From: Desulfuromonas sp.
Lineage (GTDB): Bacteria > Desulfobacterota > Desulfuromonadia > Desulfuromonadales > UBA2294
Assembly: GCA_002868925.1 (NCBI GenBank)
Contig: PKTZ01000163.1
Coordinates: 1-56,156, forward strand
DNA length: 56,156 nucleotides
Reading direction: 5' to 3'
Shown here: one piece after another, positions 1 to 9,386 of the stretch
Position numbering within the stretch: the first letter of the stretch is position 1
How the letters are laid out: each line of letters opens with the position of its first letter
The notes under the pieces: generated by a model
Databases searched by the model: none
What the model saw: the letters and a program-made list of their open reading frames with translations, nothing else
What the model was told of the DNA's origin: nothing
Translations under genes and position numbers: made by a program

Positions 1-1
1 T

Positions 2-100
2 GCATTCAGTCTGACCCATCGGCCGGCACCTGACACCCGACTGGAAATTCTGGTCCCGAGCATCAGCGCCCTGTTCGACGCCGATTTATGGAGGCGATAG
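2..100 (+). CDS. 3' end of an unidentified CDS entering from the left edge
   Basis: Open frame 2..100 (...AFSLTHRPAPDTRLEILVPSISALFDADLWRR*) ending in TAG one base before the next ATG; contains the GGAGG SD of the next gene. Confidence 0.5.
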   Translation, partial: AFSLTHRPAPDTRLEILVPSISALFDADLWRR

Positions 101-101
101 G

Positions 102-470
102 ATGTCATCTCGCCTCGCCGCCGATCTCATCGTCCTTCTCCACTTCAGCTTCATCCTCTTCGTCGTCTGCGGCGGATTGCTCGTCCTGCGCTGGCCGAAG
201 CTGGCCTGGCTGCACCTGCCGGCGGTGGTCTGGGGAGCGGTGGTCGAGCTCGCCGGGTTCATCTGCCCCTTGACCCCGCTCGAAAACGACTTCCGCGCCG
301 CCGCCGGAGAACAGGCCTACAACGGCGGCTTTATCGAACAGTACCTGATCCCAACCATCTATCCATCTGGACTGACCCGCGATATTCAGGTTATGCTAGG
401 GCTCGGTGTGATCGCGATCAATGTTGTCATCTACCTGCTGTTGATACGACGGCGGCGCGCCAGAACCTAG
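102..470 (+). CDS. DUF2784 family membrane protein
   Basis: LAADLIVLLHFSFILFVV, HLPAVVWG, ICPLTPLEN, GGFIEQYL..IYP motifs; GGAGG upstream. Confidence 0.85.
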   Translation: MSSRLAADLIVLLHFSFILFVVCGGLLVLRWPKLAWLHLPAVVWGAVVELAGFICPLTPLENDFRAAAGEQAYNGGFIEQYLIPTIYPSGLTRDIQVMLGLGVIAINVVIYLLLIRRRRART

Positions 471-486
471 AAACAAGGAGCCCGCG

Positions 487-939
487 GTGCTGCATATTTA
501 CATCGACGCCGACGCCTGCCCGGTCAAAGCCGAAACCTACCGGGTGGCCGAGCGCTACCAGTTGCCGGTGACCCTGGTCGCCAACACGCGGATGCGGGTA
601 CCGGATAATGCGCGCATCCGGCTCGAGGTGGTCAACGACGGCTTTGACGCAGCGGACGACTGGATCGTTGAGCAGGTCGAAGAGCACGATATTGTCATCA
701 CCGCCGATATCCCGCTCGCCAGCCGTTGCCTTAAAAAGGGGGCAAAGGTCGTCGGCACCAGCGGTAAACCGTTCACCGAGGAGAACATCGGCGATACGGT
801 GGCGACCCGCGACCTGCTGGCCGAGCTGCGCGGCGCCGGAGAGATAACCACCGGACCGCCGCCGATGACCCAACGCGATCGCTCGCGCTATCTGCAGAGT
901 CTCGACCAGGTGGTCCAGGCGATCAAGCGACAGGGATAA
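487..939 (+). CDS. YaiI/YqxD (UPF0178) family protein
   Basis: IYIDADACPVK, DAADDWI, DIVITADIPLA motifs; AAGGAG SD before GTG. Confidence 0.9.
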   Translation: MLHIYIDADACPVKAETYRVAERYQLPVTLVANTRMRVPDNARIRLEVVNDGFDAADDWIVEQVEEHDIVITADIPLASRCLKKGAKVVGTSGKPFTEENIGDTVATRDLLAELRGAGEITTGPPPMTQRDRSRYLQSLDQVVQAIKRQG

Positions 940-954
940 ACCCGAGGGAGTGGC

Positions 955-1455
955 ATGAACATCCGTCCGGCAACAGAACAGGACATCCCGGCGATCACCG
1001 AGATCTACAACCAGGCGATCCGTGCCGGCGGCATGACCGCCGACCTGGAAGAGGTGACGCAGGGAGAGCGGCGGCAGTGGCTGGCGGCGCACAACCCGGC
1101 GACCCGGCCGGTCTTCGTTGCCGAGGAGAAGGGGACGGTTTGCGGCTACCTCAGCCTCAGCGACTACCGCTCCGGCCGTTCGGCATTGCACCACACCGCC
1201 GAGATCAGCTACTACCTGCACCACGATTTCCTGCGGCTCGGGATCGGCTCGGCCTTGATGCGGCACGCCCTTGCCGCCTGCCCGGCCTGCGGCATCGACA
1301 CCCTGATCGCCATCGTACTCGAAGGGAACGCGGCGAGCATCAAGCTGCTCGAAGGGTTCGACTTTGCCCGCTGGGGACACCTGCCGGAGGTCGCCCACTT
1401 CGGGGACCGACGGATCGACCATCTCTACTTCGGAAAACAGTTGAAGGAGAACTGA
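955..1455 (+). CDS. GNAT N-acetyltransferase (Pat/YncA-like)
   Basis: IRPATEQDIPAITEIYN, acetyl-CoA motif variant RLGIGSALM, NAASIKLLEGFDF. Confidence 0.85.
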   Translation: MNIRPATEQDIPAITEIYNQAIRAGGMTADLEEVTQGERRQWLAAHNPATRPVFVAEEKGTVCGYLSLSDYRSGRSALHHTAEISYYLHHDFLRLGIGSALMRHALAACPACGIDTLIAIVLEGNAASIKLLEGFDFARWGHLPEVAHFGDRRIDHLYFGKQLKEN

Positions 1456-2156
1456 TGCGCGCCCACTACCTGCAGCACGTCCCGTTCGAAGGCTACGGCA
1501 GCATCAAGTCGTGGCTCAACGAAACCGGTTACGAATTGACCTGCACCCGTTTCTTTGCCGACGACCCGCTACCGGATGTCGAGGAGATCGACTTTCTGGT
1601 GATCATGGGTGGCCCGATGGGGGTCAACGACACCGATGACTACCCCTGGCTGACCCGGGAGCAGACGTTCATTAAGGAGATGGTCGCTACCGGCAAGCCG
1701 GTGCTCGGTATCTGCCTCGGGGCCCAGCTGATCGCCAGCGCCCTCGGCGCCCCGATCTACCCGAACCGGTGCAAGGAGATCGGTTGGCTTCCGGTGCAGC
1801 GGACGACCGACCATGACGGACATTTCCACTTCCCGGACGAGGAGTTGGTATTCCACTGGCACGGCGAAACCTTCGACCTGCCGGAAGGAGCGATGCGGAT
1901 CGCCAGCAGTGCCTGCTGCGAAAACCAGGCGTTCCAGATCGGCCGCTCGGTGATCGGCCTGCAGTTTCACCTTGAAACCACCCCCGAGTCGGCGCGGGCG
2001 ATCGCCGAGAACTGCCGCGCCGAACTGGTGCCGGGGGAATGTATCCAGAGCGAAGAGGAGATTCTCGCCGCGCCACCGGAGAGGTACGCCTGCATCAATT
2101 TTCTGATGGCCGAGGTTTTGAACTACCTGCACCAGAACCGGATCAATTCAATTTAA
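1455..2156 (+). CDS. Class I glutamine amidotransferase (GMP-synthase-like GATase)
   Basis: Start moved to ATG 1455 (TGATG overlap, AAGGAG SD); HVPFEG, GGPMG, GICLGAQL, WHGETFDLP, LQFHLE triad motifs. Confidence 0.9.
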   Translation: MRAHYLQHVPFEGYGSIKSWLNETGYELTCTRFFADDPLPDVEEIDFLVIMGGPMGVNDTDDYPWLTREQTFIKEMVATGKPVLGICLGAQLIASALGAPIYPNRCKEIGWLPVQRTTDHDGHFHFPDEELVFHWHGETFDLPEGAMRIASSACCENQAFQIGRSVIGLQFHLETTPESARAIAENCRAELVPGECIQSEEEILAAPPERYACINFLMAEVLNYLHQNRINSI

Positions 2157-2434
2157 CTCTTACAGAATTGATCTGGAAAGGTTATTTGTTAACATCAAAG
2201 TTGACAGCTGAACAGAGCTATTTGCCCTCACAATTTAAAGAATTATTGTTCCTTTCCTAAGCACCTCAAGTCTAAATCGAATCCACAACATTAGCTATTT
2301 ATAATTTCAAATCAGCTACTTAGCCGGCGCTACATGCTTGACTCACCTGAGCCTCAAGCTATATTTATATATTAAATACACAGTCTATATTTTATTTAGA
2401 TTTCAAACGCAGATTTCGCTGAAATATTTGAGCT

Positions 2435-2836
2435 ATGGTTCAATACGAAGAATCCATTGATGAAAAAAGACGTATCATAACCGTCAGGGTTTCCGGTCGC
2501 CTCGCCAAGGATACCTGGGTCCCCAATACAATCAAGTTCCGCACCTGGGCCAAGGAGAACGGATACGGCATCCTCTACGATTTCCGCAACGCCGAGAATT
2601 GCCTTTCAATCCTTGACGGGCATACCTGGGTGGAGGACAACCTCGACCCGGTCGACCCCTGGCTGCGGTATGTTCCGACCGTCCATCTCGCCAAGGAAGA
2701 GGATAGTGAATTTTTCCATTTCGTCGAAACTTCCTGGACCAACGCCGGCATCCCGGTTCACATGGCGACTGAAGAACGTGAAGGGCTGGAATGGATCGCA
2801 GGGAAGTTATCCCATTACAGCAAGCTGAATCACTAA
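2435..2836 (+). CDS. Hypothetical protein, possibly STAS/SEC14 (SpoIIAA-like) fold
   Basis: 133 aa; IITVRVSG...ILYDFRNA...EEREGLEWI pattern; candidate promoter TTGACT-16-TATATT from 2338. Confidence 0.55.
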   Translation: MVQYEESIDEKRRIITVRVSGRLAKDTWVPNTIKFRTWAKENGYGILYDFRNAENCLSILDGHTWVEDNLDPVDPWLRYVPTVHLAKEEDSEFFHFVETSWTNAGIPVHMATEEREGLEWIAGKLSHYSKLNH

Positions 2837-2894
2837 AGGTCAGAAGTCAGGCGGCCGGCCGGGGTATTCTTCCCCGAAAAACATCAATCCCACT

Positions 2895-2995
2895 GAAAAA
2901 ACAAAAAAAACGCCCCACAGTATGGAGGGTTGACTGCGGGGCAAAGGGTTCTGTTGTTTTAGGGAGGCAGAACCTGAAGAAGTTGGTTTGTTGGG
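2895..2995 (-). ncRNA. Candidate small RNA with two CCUCC-loop hairpins and an intrinsic terminator
   Basis: Minus-strand TTGACA (3026-3021)-16-TAATAT (3004-2999); hairpin GGUUCUG/CAGAACC with loop CCUCCCUAAAACAA; hairpin GCCCCGCAGU/ACUGUGGGGC with loop CAACCCUCCAU, then a U-tract. Confidence 0.6.
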
Positions 2996-3097
2996 TATAT
3001 ATTACCAATATGGTTATATTTGTCAACATAAATCTGACTTTTTTTATCAGATATTTTTCAGGTTAAGTTTTCCAATGAAAATAAGTATACTCCTGCC

Positions 3098-3487
3098 ATG
3101 AATATCCTGTTCAGGACGATCATCGCGCTCGTCTCATATATTATCCTCGGTTTCTTCTTTTACTGGTTCCCTTTCTCCCTGTTCGGACTCGATGATACGA
3201 TGCACTCCGCGTTGACCCATCTCAGCGCCGCTTTACTCGCCATGGTCCTCTGGTGGAAACTCCGGGAACGCCAACCCGGCCCTGTAACAAGCGCCCTGGT
3301 CGGAGCAATTCTGATCGGCACCGTCGGCTTCGCCGCTGGCTTCTTCGGACCGATGCTGCTGACCCCCGAGGCAAACCAGGGGCCGTTGCTCGGAATTTTC
3401 ATTACCGGCCCGGGAGGCTTCCTGCTCGGGGCCATCGGCGGTGTACTCTACTGGCGCTGGAAGTTGTCACCCAATGACGATTCCTGA
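3098..3487 (+). CDS. Hypothetical membrane protein (about 4 TM)
   Basis: Hydrophobic segments; GFFGPMLLTPEANQGPLLGIFITGPGG Gly-rich motif. Confidence 0.7.
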   Translation: MNILFRTIIALVSYIILGFFFYWFPFSLFGLDDTMHSALTHLSAALLAMVLWWKLRERQPGPVTSALVGAILIGTVGFAAGFFGPMLLTPEANQGPLLGIFITGPGGFLLGAIGGVLYWRWKLSPNDDS

Positions 3488-3533
3488 CTCCGTGAACTTC
3501 ACCTTTATCTGCAGATGATGTAGAATGCCGGAC

Positions 3534-3740
3534 ATGTGCAGCGACAACCCCGAAAAATCCCCCTGGATGTGCCATGTCTGCAGCCACACCTCCAACGACA
3601 GCGAGCCGATCGCCTGCTCGGTCTGCTACAAGGTGACCTGTGCCCTGCACCTGGCGCACAAGACGGTGCTCAATGAGGAGAGTGGACTGTATGAGTTGCA
3701 GCCGATTTGTGTTGAGTGCCAGATTAAGCCGCATCTTTAG
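3534..3740 (+). CDS. Small Cys/His-rich putative zinc-binding protein
   Basis: CHVC...CSVC-x4-CALH...CVEC; start placed at ATG 3534, 7 nt after TAGAAT (alternative ATG 3525). Confidence 0.7.
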   Translation: MCSDNPEKSPWMCHVCSHTSNDSEPIACSVCYKVTCALHLAHKTVLNEESGLYELQPICVECQIKPHL

Positions 3741-3796
3741 TCATTTCTGTTTTCTTTTTTAAGATCAAAGTCGTGGGGTCCCGGCCTCACACTCCG

Positions 3797-3841
3797 GGTT
3801 CGTTTCTTTATTAAGCCATAAAGAAACGAACCAAAGAAACG
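3797..3841. repeat. Perfect 15-bp inverted repeat with a duplicated arm (REP/MITE-like)
   Basis: GGTTCGTTTCTTTAT-taagcc-ATAAAGAAACGAACC followed by a second AAAGAAACG. Confidence 0.6.
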
Positions 3842-3866
3842 GCTCCCTTGCAGGGGGCTTTTTTTC
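3842..3866 (+). terminator. Intrinsic terminator-like hairpin
   Basis: GCTCCCT-tgc-AGGGGGC followed by T7. Confidence 0.6.
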
Positions 3867-3893
3867 GTTTAGTCGTTTTTCCTCTTTTGTGAA

Positions 3894-4090
3894 CTCGGTG
3901 GTAGGGAGATCGCCTTGAGGCGATCACAGTATTTCTTCGTGGTTGTCCCGTACAGTCTGCGTTCAAGGAATCGCGCTGACTAACGTGCTCCTCAAGAGCA
4001 ATGGGAGGGGAAGTCAAAATCTTTAATGCTGGAACCACCGGAGCCGTTGATACTTACACCCCGTTTCAGGTTCGAGAGCCACGAAGACGC
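3894..4090 (+). ncRNA. Candidate highly structured, pseudoknotted RNA of unknown class
   Basis: Seven or more helices found by eye; G-U pairs consistent with the + strand; no credible ORF. Confidence 0.55.
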
Positions 4091-4098
4091 GGAATTCG

Positions 4099-4132
4099 GG
4101 GGACACTTCCCGAAGTTCAGGGAAGTGTCCCC
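4099..4132. repeat. REP-like 13-bp perfect hairpin
   Basis: GGGGACACTTCCC-gaagttca-GGGAAGTGTCCCC. Confidence 0.6.
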
Positions 4133-4175
4133 ACCCAAACGGTCGGGTTTCAGCCGTACGAGCATGGAAACAAAC

Positions 4176-4205
4176 AAAAAAGACCCGGACAGCAATGCCC
4201 GGGCC
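4176..4205 (-). terminator. cysS operon terminator
   Basis: Minus strand GGCCCGGGCA-ttgc-TGTCCGGGTC followed by T6, 25 nt after the cysS stop. Confidence 0.7.
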
Positions 4206-4228
4206 TCGTATCTACCTATCAATCAAAC

Positions 4229-5707
4229 CTATTTCAACTTCCAACTCGTCCCCTCACGTGAATCGAGCAGGATAACCCCCTTCTCATCGAGCTCGTCGCG
4301 AATCTCGTCGGCGCGAGCGAAGTTCTTATCAACCCGCGCCTGCTTGCGCTCGGCGATCAACCCTTCGATCTGCTCGGCGCTCAGGTCACCATCCTGCAGG
4401 GCGTCGCTCTTCTGCTTCTCCAACCAATCGGTCGGATCGGAAGCGAAGAAGCCGAGGACCGCGCCGAGGCGACGTAACTTTTTGACGCCGTCTGCAAGCA
4501 CCTTGAGTGACAGTGGACAGTCGTCGAACCGCTTCTCGCCGAGCAGGCGATTGAGGGCACGAACCACATCGAACAGGTTGCCGAGGGCGAGGGCGGTATT
4601 AAAATCGTCGTCCATCGCCTCGGCAAATTTTTCCTCCATCATCTCGACCCGATCGAAGATCTCGCGCTCTTCGTCCTTGATTTCCGGGCAGACCGCCTTG
4701 GTCGCCGGATTGCTGGCGATGATTTCATCGGCCGCCTGCAACATTTCGTAGAACCGGGTCAATCCGGCCTTGGCATCCTCGAGGTTCTTATCGGAAAAAT
4801 CGATCGGCGAACGGTAGTGGGCCGAGAGGATAAAGAAACGGACCACCTCCGGATCATACTTTTCGAGGATGTCACGGATGGTGAAGAAGTTGCCGAGCGA
4901 CTTGCTCATCTTCTCCTGATTGATATTGACGAAGCCGTTGTGCATCCAGTACTTGACGAACGGCTTGCCGCTCGCCCCTTCCGACTGGGCGATCTCGTTC
5001 TCGTGATGCGGGAAGACCAGGTCCTTGCCACCGCCATGGATATCAAAGGAGTCGCCGAGCAGCGACGAGCTCATGGCCGAGCACTCGATGTGCCAGCCGG
5101 GACGGCCCGGTCCCCAGGGCGATTCCCATGCCGGTTCATTCGGCTTGGCCGCTTTCCAGAGGGCGAAGTCCATCGGGTTGCGCTTCTGCTCGCCCGGTGC
5201 GATACGGGCGCCGGCCTGCATCTCGTCCATGTTGCGTTTGGAGAGCTTGAGGTAGTTGTCGAACTTTTCGACCGCGTAGTAGACGTCGCCGCCCGACTCG
5301 TAGGCGATCCCCTTGTCGACCAGGGTCGCGACCAGGGCGACGATCTGCTCGATGTACTCGGTCGCCTTCGGCTCATGGGTCGGCCGCTCGAGGCCGAGCG
5401 CCGCCATATCCTCGTCGAAGGCCTTGATGAACTCCTCCGAGAGAGCCTTGCTCGAAATCCCCCGCTCGTTGGCACGGTTGATAATCTTGTCGTCGACGTC
5501 GGTATAGTTGCGGACGTAATTGACGTCGTAACCGGCGTACTTGAGGTAGCGGTAGATGACATCGAAGACGATGTTGGCGCGGGCGTGGCCGATGTGGCAG
5601 TAATCGTAGACGGTGACGCCGCAGACATACATCCCGACCTTGCCCGGGACCAGCGGCTCGAACGGCTCCTTGCCGCCACTCATGGTGTTGTAAAGACGTA
5701 ATGCCAT
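4229..5707 (-). CDS. cysS: Cysteine--tRNA ligase
   Basis: [45 protein letters not shown]; ATG 5707 with AAGGAG SD. Confidence 0.98.
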   Translation of the reverse strand: MALRLYNTMSGGKEPFEPLVPGKVGMYVCGVTVYDYCHIGHARANIVFDVIYRYLKYAGYDVNYVRNYTDVDDKIINRANERGISSKALSEEFIKAFDEDMAALGLERPTHEPKATEYIEQIVALVATLVDKGIAYESGGDVYYAVEKFDNYLKLSKRNMDEMQAGARIAPGEQKRNPMDFALWKAAKPNEPAWESPWGPGRPGWHIECSAMSSSLLGDSFDIHGGGKDLVFPHHENEIAQSEGASGKPFVKYWMHNGFVNINQEKMSKSLGNFFTIRDILEKYDPEVVRFFILSAHYRSPIDFSDKNLEDAKAGLTRFYEMLQAADEIIASNPATKAVCPEIKDEEREIFDRVEMMEEKFAEAMDDDFNTALALGNLFDVVRALNRLLGEKRFDDCPLSLKVLADGVKKLRRLGAVLGFFASDPTDWLEKQKSDALQDGDLSAEQIEGLIAERKQARVDKNFARADEIRDELDEKGVILLDSREGTSWKLK

Positions 5708-5768
5708 GTCCTGAAAAACTCCTTGCTTAATATTCCTCGGGTGGCGAGAGGCTCGCCATGACCGTTTT

Positions 5769-7430
5769 CTACTTGTTCTGGACCTTGGCCCAGGTATCGC
5801 GCAGGGTGACCGTCCGGTTGAAGACCGGGCTTCCCGGCGTCGAGTCGTTTCCGTCGGCGGTGAAGTAGCCGACCCGCTCGAACTGGAACGCCTCACCCGC
5901 TTCGGCCTTTAACAGCTGCGGCTCGACCCAGGCGGTGATCTCCTGCAGCGACTCCGGGTTGATCCCCTGGTGAAAGTCTTCGAGTTTGTCCGGGTTCTCG
6001 TCGCAAAACAGACGATCGTAAAGCCGCACCGGGACCTGCGCGCCGCGAGTGGCGGAGACCCAGTGGATCGTCCCCTTGATCTTGCGCCCGTCCTTCGGGT
6101 TGGCGCCGAAGGTCTCCGGATCGCAGCTGCAGTGCAGGGCGATCACCTCACCGGTTTCGTTCTTTTCGACCTCGTCGCAGCGGATAATGCAACCGTTACG
6201 CAAACGGACTTCACGGCCCGGCCCGAGCCTGAAGAACTTCTTCGGCGGATCCTCCATGAAGTCGCTCCGCTCGATCACGATCTCCCGGGTCAGCGGCAGT
6301 GAGCGTTTACCCAGCTCCGGCTTCTGCGGATGGTTGGCGGCACTGCATTCGATTTCGTCCTGCGGCAGGTTGGTAATGATCACCTTCAGCGGGTCGAGAA
6401 CCGCCTGCCGGCGCGGGGCGGATTCGTTGAGTTGTTCCCGGACCGTATCCTCGAGCACCGAGAGATCGATGCGCGAGTCGGCCTTGCCGACCCCGATGCG
6501 GTCGCAGAAATCACGGATCGCCTCCGGCGGGTAGCCGCGGCGCCGCATCCCGACCAGGGTCGGCATGCGCGGGTCATCCCAACCGGAAACCCGTTTCTCG
6601 GTGACCAGCTGCAGCAGCTTGCGCTTGCTCATCACGGTGTAACTCAGGTTGAGCCGGGCGAACTCGATCTGCTGCGGCGCGAAGATTTCCAGCTCCTGCA
6701 CCAGCCAGTCGTAGAGCGGCCGATGGTCGGCGAACTCGAGGGTGCAGATCGAGTGGGTCACCCCCTCGATCGAGTCGGACTGGCCGTGCGCGAAATCGTA
6801 CATCGGGTAGATGCACCAGCTATCGCCGGTGCGGTGGTGAGCGGCATGCAGGATACGGTAGAGCACCGGGTCGCGCATATTGAGGTTGCCGGATGCCATA
6901 TCGATTTTGGCCCGCAGGACATGCTCACCATCGGCGAATTCGCCTTCCCGCATTTTACGGAAGAGATCGAGGTTCTCCTCGATCGACCGCTCGCGGTAAG
7001 GGCTCTCCTGACCCGGTTCGGTCAGGGTCCCGCGCAGTTCGCGGATCTTCTCCGGCGGCAGGCTGCAGACGTAGGCCTTCCCCTTTTCGATCAGCTTCTC
7101 GGCATACTGGTAGAGCTGCTCGAAATAGTTGGAAGCAAAATAGAGGTGTTCGCCCCAGTCGAAACCGAGCCAGCGCAGGTCGTCCTTGATCGCCTCGACA
7201 TATTCATCCTCTTCCTTGACCGGGTTGGTGTCGTCGAAGCGGAGATGACAACGCCCCTTGAAGTCCTCGGCGAGGCCGAAGTTGAGGCAGATCGACTTGG
7301 CATGGCCGATATGCAGGTAGCCGTTCGGCTCCGGCGGAAAACGGGTGACGACGGCATCGCGTCGTCCCTGCTCAAGATCGTCCTCGATGATATTACGGAT
7401 AAAGTTACTGGTCGGTTCCTGTTGACTCAC
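5769..7430 (-). CDS. glnS: Glutamine--tRNA ligase
   Basis: [43 protein letters not shown]; GTG start at 7430 preferred. Confidence 0.97.
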   Translation of the reverse strand: MSQQEPTSNFIRNIIEDDLEQGRRDAVVTRFPPEPNGYLHIGHAKSICLNFGLAEDFKGRCHLRFDDTNPVKEEDEYVEAIKDDLRWLGFDWGEHLYFASNYFEQLYQYAEKLIEKGKAYVCSLPPEKIRELRGTLTEPGQESPYRERSIEENLDLFRKMREGEFADGEHVLRAKIDMASGNLNMRDPVLYRILHAAHHRTGDSWCIYPMYDFAHGQSDSIEGVTHSICTLEFADHRPLYDWLVQELEIFAPQQIEFARLNLSYTVMSKRKLLQLVTEKRVSGWDDPRMPTLVGMRRRGYPPEAIRDFCDRIGVGKADSRIDLSVLEDTVREQLNESAPRRQAVLDPLKVIITNLPQDEIECSAANHPQKPELGKRSLPLTREIVIERSDFMEDPPKKFFRLGPGREVRLRNGCIIRCDEVEKNETGEVIALHCSCDPETFGANPKDGRKIKGTIHWVSATRGAQVPVRLYDRLFCDENPDKLEDFHQGINPESLQEITAWVEPQLLKAEAGEAFQFERVGYFTADGNDSTPGSPVFNRTVTLRDTWAKVQNK

Positions 7431-7452
7431 CTTATTATTGTTCCTTTCCAAC

Positions 7453-7947
7453 TCAGATCATTTCGGCGGTATCGCCCCACTGCAGCAGCGCGACCGCATG
7501 GGCGGCAATCCCTTCACGACGACCGACGAAACCGAGTTCCTCGGTCGTCGTCGCCTTGACGTTGACCCGGTCCGGTTCGAGATTGCAGTCGCTCGCGATA
7601 TTCTTCACCATGGCAGCGATGTGGGGCGCCATTTTGGGCGCCTGGGCCAGAATCGTAGCGTCGATATTGCCGACCCGGTAGCCCCTGCTGTCGAGCAGAT
7701 CGACGACGTGGGCCAGCAGCTTGCGGCTGTCGATCCCTTTGTACTGAGGATCGCTGTCGGGGAAGTGCCGGCCGATATCACCCTCGCCGGCCGCACCGAG
7801 AAGAGCATCGCAGATGGCATGCAGCAGCACGTCGGCATCGGAGTGGCCGAGCAGCCCGGTCTCATGCACGATCTCGACCCCGCCGATGACCAGCCTGCGA
7901 CCTTCAACCAGCCGGTGCACATCGTAGCCATGACCGATCCTGACCAT
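7453..7947 (-). CDS. ispF: 2-C-methyl-D-erythritol 2,4-cyclodiphosphate synthase
   Basis: [38 protein letters not shown]. Confidence 0.98.
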   Translation of the reverse strand: MVRIGHGYDVHRLVEGRRLVIGGVEIVHETGLLGHSDADVLLHAICDALLGAAGEGDIGRHFPDSDPQYKGIDSRKLLAHVVDLLDSRGYRVGNIDATILAQAPKMAPHIAAMVKNIASDCNLEPDRVNVKATTTEELGFVGRREGIAAHAVALLQWGDTAEMI

Positions 7948-8645
7948 CACTCCTCCTCATCCACCTGCCGCAGAAACGATTCGGCCAGCAGCAGATCTTC
8001 CGGGGTTGTTATTTTCAGGTTGCAGTAGCTCCCCGACACGATCGCGACCGGCTTGCCGAGCCATTCGACCAGCTGGGCGTCATCGGTCGCCTGGTACGCT
8101 TCCTTATACGCTTTTTCGTGGGCCGAAGCAATAAGCTGATAACGGAACGCCTGCGGGGTCTGGGCCAGCCAGAGCCGGCTCCGATCAGGGGTCTTGACCA
8201 CCATCCCGTCTTCGACCTCCTTGACCGTATCCTTGGCCGGCACCGCGACCAGGGCGGCACCGCACCGCTGCACCGCAGCGATCGCCTCATCGACAACATC
8301 CGGTGGCAATAAAGGACGCGCCCCGTCATGGATCAGCACGACATCGTCGGCGTCTGCCCCGCAGGCCTGCAGGCCGTTGCGCACCGAATCCTGGCGCTCC
8401 TTGCCTCCGGCAATAACCGCCTGCACCTTGCTGAAGCGGTAACGCTCGACCACCTCTTCCCGGCAGAAATCGAGCTCCTGCAGCGGGACGATCAGGGTTA
8501 TTTTGTCGATAGCGGGGTGTTTTTCAAAAAGGGAGAGGGTATGCGCCAGGACCGGCCGGTCACCGAGGAAAAGATACTGCTTGTTGATATCGGTGCCCAT
8601 GCGGCGTCCGCTGCCGGCCGCCGGGATCAGAACATGAACGGTCAT
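7947..8645 (-). CDS. ispD: 2-C-methyl-D-erythritol 4-phosphate cytidylyltransferase
   Basis: [43 protein letters not shown]. Confidence 0.98.
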   Translation of the reverse strand: MTVHVLIPAAGSGRRMGTDINKQYLFLGDRPVLAHTLSLFEKHPAIDKITLIVPLQELDFCREEVVERYRFSKVQAVIAGGKERQDSVRNGLQACGADADDVVLIHDGARPLLPPDVVDEAIAAVQRCGAALVAVPAKDTVKEVEDGMVVKTPDRSRLWLAQTPQAFRYQLIASAHEKAYKEAYQATDDAQLVEWLGKPVAIVSGSYCNLKITTPEDLLLAESFLRQVDEEE

Positions 8646-8743
8646 TGGAATCAGCCGTGTCCGAGCATCAGCTCCGAGCGGAGCTTTTCATGTCAAAAAT
8701 AAAAACCGGATGGAATGCATCCGGTTGAAGAATCCAGGAAAAA

Positions 8744-9226
8744 TCAGTTGAACAGTTTTTCGACCCGCTGGGTCACGGCATCTTCGTCGGCCCCTTCGGC
8801 CAGCGCGACCTCCTTGACCAGCAGCTTGCGCGCCAGCTCGAGGACCTTCTTTTCGCCGTAGGAGAGTTCCTTGTCCTCACGGATGCAGTAAAGCTCGCGC
8901 AGGACTTCGGCCACCTCGAACAGGTCGCCGGTTTTCAGCTTGTCGTTGTATTCGCGCTGACGACGGCTCCAGGAAGCGATGTTGCCGGCAATCTTGGTTT
9001 TCTCGCCGAGGATATCGAAGAGAGACGAGACCCGCTTCTTCTCGATCGGACTGCGCATGCCGATGTTGGAGGCATTTGTGGTCGGCACCATGATGGTCAT
9101 GTCGCTGTCGACAATCCGCAAAATATAGAAATCGGCCTTGACGCCACCGAAATCCTTTGATTCAATCGCTTCTATGACGCCTATACCCTGGGTCGGGTAA
9201 ACGGCGCTATCTCCAACTTTAAACAT
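8744..9226 (-). CDS. carD: CarD/CdnL family RNA polymerase-binding regulator
   Basis: MFKVGDSAVYPTQGIG, conserved W in ASWSRRQRE, LSYGEKKVL; upstream of ispDF as usual. Confidence 0.92.
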   Translation of the reverse strand: MFKVGDSAVYPTQGIGVIEAIESKDFGGVKADFYILRIVDSDMTIMVPTTNASNIGMRSPIEKKRVSSLFDILGEKTKIAGNIASWSRRQREYNDKLKTGDLFEVAEVLRELYCIREDKELSYGEKKVLELARKLLVKEVALAEGADEDAVTQRVEKLFN

Positions 9227-9386
9227 CAATAGACTCCTTAAGGCGAACGTAAATATTATCAAAATAAGGGCTTTTCGTCAAGTTGTGGTTCAATACCACC
9301 CCCTGCGACCATCCGGACCGAAGATTTGACCGGGCCGGTTCGGACGAAAGCCGCCACAATACCAGCCACTTACACGGGAGAATTCA

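Noticed and set aside
1077-1454. 126-aa N-terminal extension of the amidotransferase ORF
   Set aside because: Overlaps the GNAT gene in another frame; ATG 1455 has an SD and translational coupling
3894-4090. Structured RNA read as an HDV-like ribozyme, retron msr-msd, tmRNA or cobalamin riboswitch
   Set aside because: No compact P3/L3 core for HDV; no RT gene and no long msd hairpin for a retron; no tRNA-like CCA end for tmRNA; no B12 box and no downstream gene for a riboswitch
3811-4261. Short ORFs across the cysS downstream region (75, 76 and 86 aa)
   Set aside because: No SD, atypical composition, overlap with hairpins and terminators; only a faint resemblance to a Y1 transposase N-terminus
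5769-7430. glnS inserted between ispF and cysS as an anomaly
   Set aside because: GlnRS is expected in this lineage and the gene has host-like codon usage
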